Below the pieces are notes generated by a model. The model made no database searches. It was not told the DNA's origin and worked only from the letters and a program-made list of their open reading frames with translations. A stretch of DNA of 64,000 nucleotides, from assembly GCA_039980135.1 (NCBI GenBank), contig JBDXCV010000003.1, positions 1,027,458 through 1,091,457 of the forward strand, given 5' to 3'. This document shows positions 63,083-64,000 of the stretch, piece by piece. This DNA is from Alphaproteobacteria bacterium (GTDB lineage Bacteria > Pseudomonadota > Alphaproteobacteria > UBA6615). A program made the translations under genes and the position numbers. Numbering within the stretch: position 1 is the first letter of the stretch; each line of letters starts with the position of its first letter.

Positions 63083-63612
63083 GCCGTCTTTCGCCAGAAA
63101 CCCTGTGCCGCCCATGCGGATGCCACCGCGAGGATCACGGAGATGATCAGATTATAGCCTGCCATCGAAATTCCGAAGAGGGACCATGCCACGTCGTCGC
63201 ACCGCACCAGCGGCGTGGCGAGGATTTTTGCCTTCAGCTCGGCGATGGACATGTTGGGGTCGTCGAGCCCGCCGCTGCCGCAGGTGGAAAGTCCCTCCCA
63301 CCAATGCTGCTCGACCCCGACGTGAAAACCGGCCACGCCCGCGCCCGCCAGGAAAATCAGCCCGCTGATCGCGGCGAACACCGCCAGCGCGCCCGGCCCC
63401 AGCCGCCGCCCGGCCAGCACGGCCAGGCCCGCGAATCCGATCACGATCCAGTAGGGCCAGCGCTGGTAAATACACAGCGCGCAGGGCTGCAGGCCGCCGA
63501 AAATCTGGAAGGCCCAGGCGCCGCCGAGCATGGCGACGCTCGCGGCCAGGGTGAGCGTGGGCCAGGTCGCCGGGCGCCGGCGAAGCGTGGTGTGAATATC
63601 GGATGCGGCCAT
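63079..63612 (-). CDS. dsbB: Disulfide bond formation protein B-like
   Basis: 177 aa. 4 TM helices. Cys pairs CALC and C...C (CGSGG, RCDD) in periplasmic loops. Overlaps the coq7 start by 4 nt. Confidence 0.75.
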   Translation of the reverse strand: MAASDIHTTLRRRPATWPTLTLAASVAMLGGAWAFQIFGGLQPCALCIYQRWPYWIVIGFAGLAVLAGRRLGPGALAVFAAISGLIFLAGAGVAGFHVGVEQHWWEGLSTCGSGGLDDPNMSIAELKAKILATPLVRCDDVAWSLFGISMAGYNLIISVILAVASAWAAQGFWRKTA

Positions 63613-63635
63613 GAGCGGAATATGGGTCGTTGTTG

Positions 63636-63977
63636 CTAGAAGACGAACTTGATCAGCACGAACCCGCCGATCAGCAGAACCACGAAGGCGAGCGCCACCC
63701 AGCCGAGATAGCGCTCCACGAAGGCGCGGATCGGCGGCCCGAAATACCAGATCAGCGCGGCGACCAGGAAAAAGCGCAGGCCACGCGCGGCAGCCGAGGT
63801 GATGCCGAACACCACGGGATCGAGCTGGGTCACGCCGCTGGCGATGGTCACCACCTTGTAGGGGAAGGGTGTGACGCCGAAGGTGAAGACGATCCAGGCG
63901 CCGAACTCGTTATACTTCGCGGTGAAGGCCTCGAAGGCCTGTTCCATATGGTAGAACGCGATGACCGGCTCGCCCAC
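63636..63977 (-). CDS. YqaA/DedA-like small membrane protein (N-terminus may extend to or beyond the window end)
   Basis: 113+ aa, hydrophobic (IVFTFGVTPFPYKVVTIASGV...). GTG start per track; possibly partial. Confidence 0.5.
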   Translation of the reverse strand: MGEPVIAFYHMEQAFEAFTAKYNEFGAWIVFTFGVTPFPYKVVTIASGVTQLDPVVFGITSAAARGLRFFLVAALIWYFGPPIRAFVERYLGWVALAFVVLLIGGFVLIKFVF

Positions 63978-64000
63978 GGCCTCGAACAGGGTCAGGCCGA

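Overview
High-GC (~65%) alphaproteobacterial core-chromosome segment, Rhodospirillales-like in gene order. It is densely packed with housekeeping genes: the 3' part of the F1 ATP synthase operon (atpH-atpA-atpG-atpD), priA, a short transaldolase, DUF484-xerC, the classic mdh-sucC-sucD-sucA-sucB-lpdA TCA cluster, zapE, sdhCDAB, pdxK, metXW, chorismate mutase-hisC-tyrC, ftsEX-DUF218-plsC, cpdR, lysA, argH, tlpA, hbd, etfBA, a PduO-type adenosyltransferase, gluQ, coq7 and dsbB. No rRNA/tRNA, CRISPR, transposase or prophage genes were seen. The strongest hunt signals are non-protein: (i) a ~650-nt ORF-free, very GC-rich gap between sdhC and pdxK with at least five C(UUCG)G-capped hairpins and several nested stems on the + strand, a candidate large structured RNA of unknown class; (ii) a ~90-nt double-hairpin intergenic repeat family sharing the invariant 13-mer ATGACGGTGAA(A/T)G in three copies, with compensatory stem changes between copies; (iii) a 340-bp AT-rich island between convergent chaC and plsC carrying a perfect TTATCCACA DnaA box and a terminator-like hairpin. 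Protein-level oddities include an uncharacterised secreted protein translationally coupled to sdhB, tandem lipoyl domains in SucB, an orphan ABC transmembrane-domain protein, a lineage-specific FkbM methyltransferase plus sensor-kinase/receiver module inserted between xerC and lpdA, and a small unannotated ORF in a 535-nt gap.
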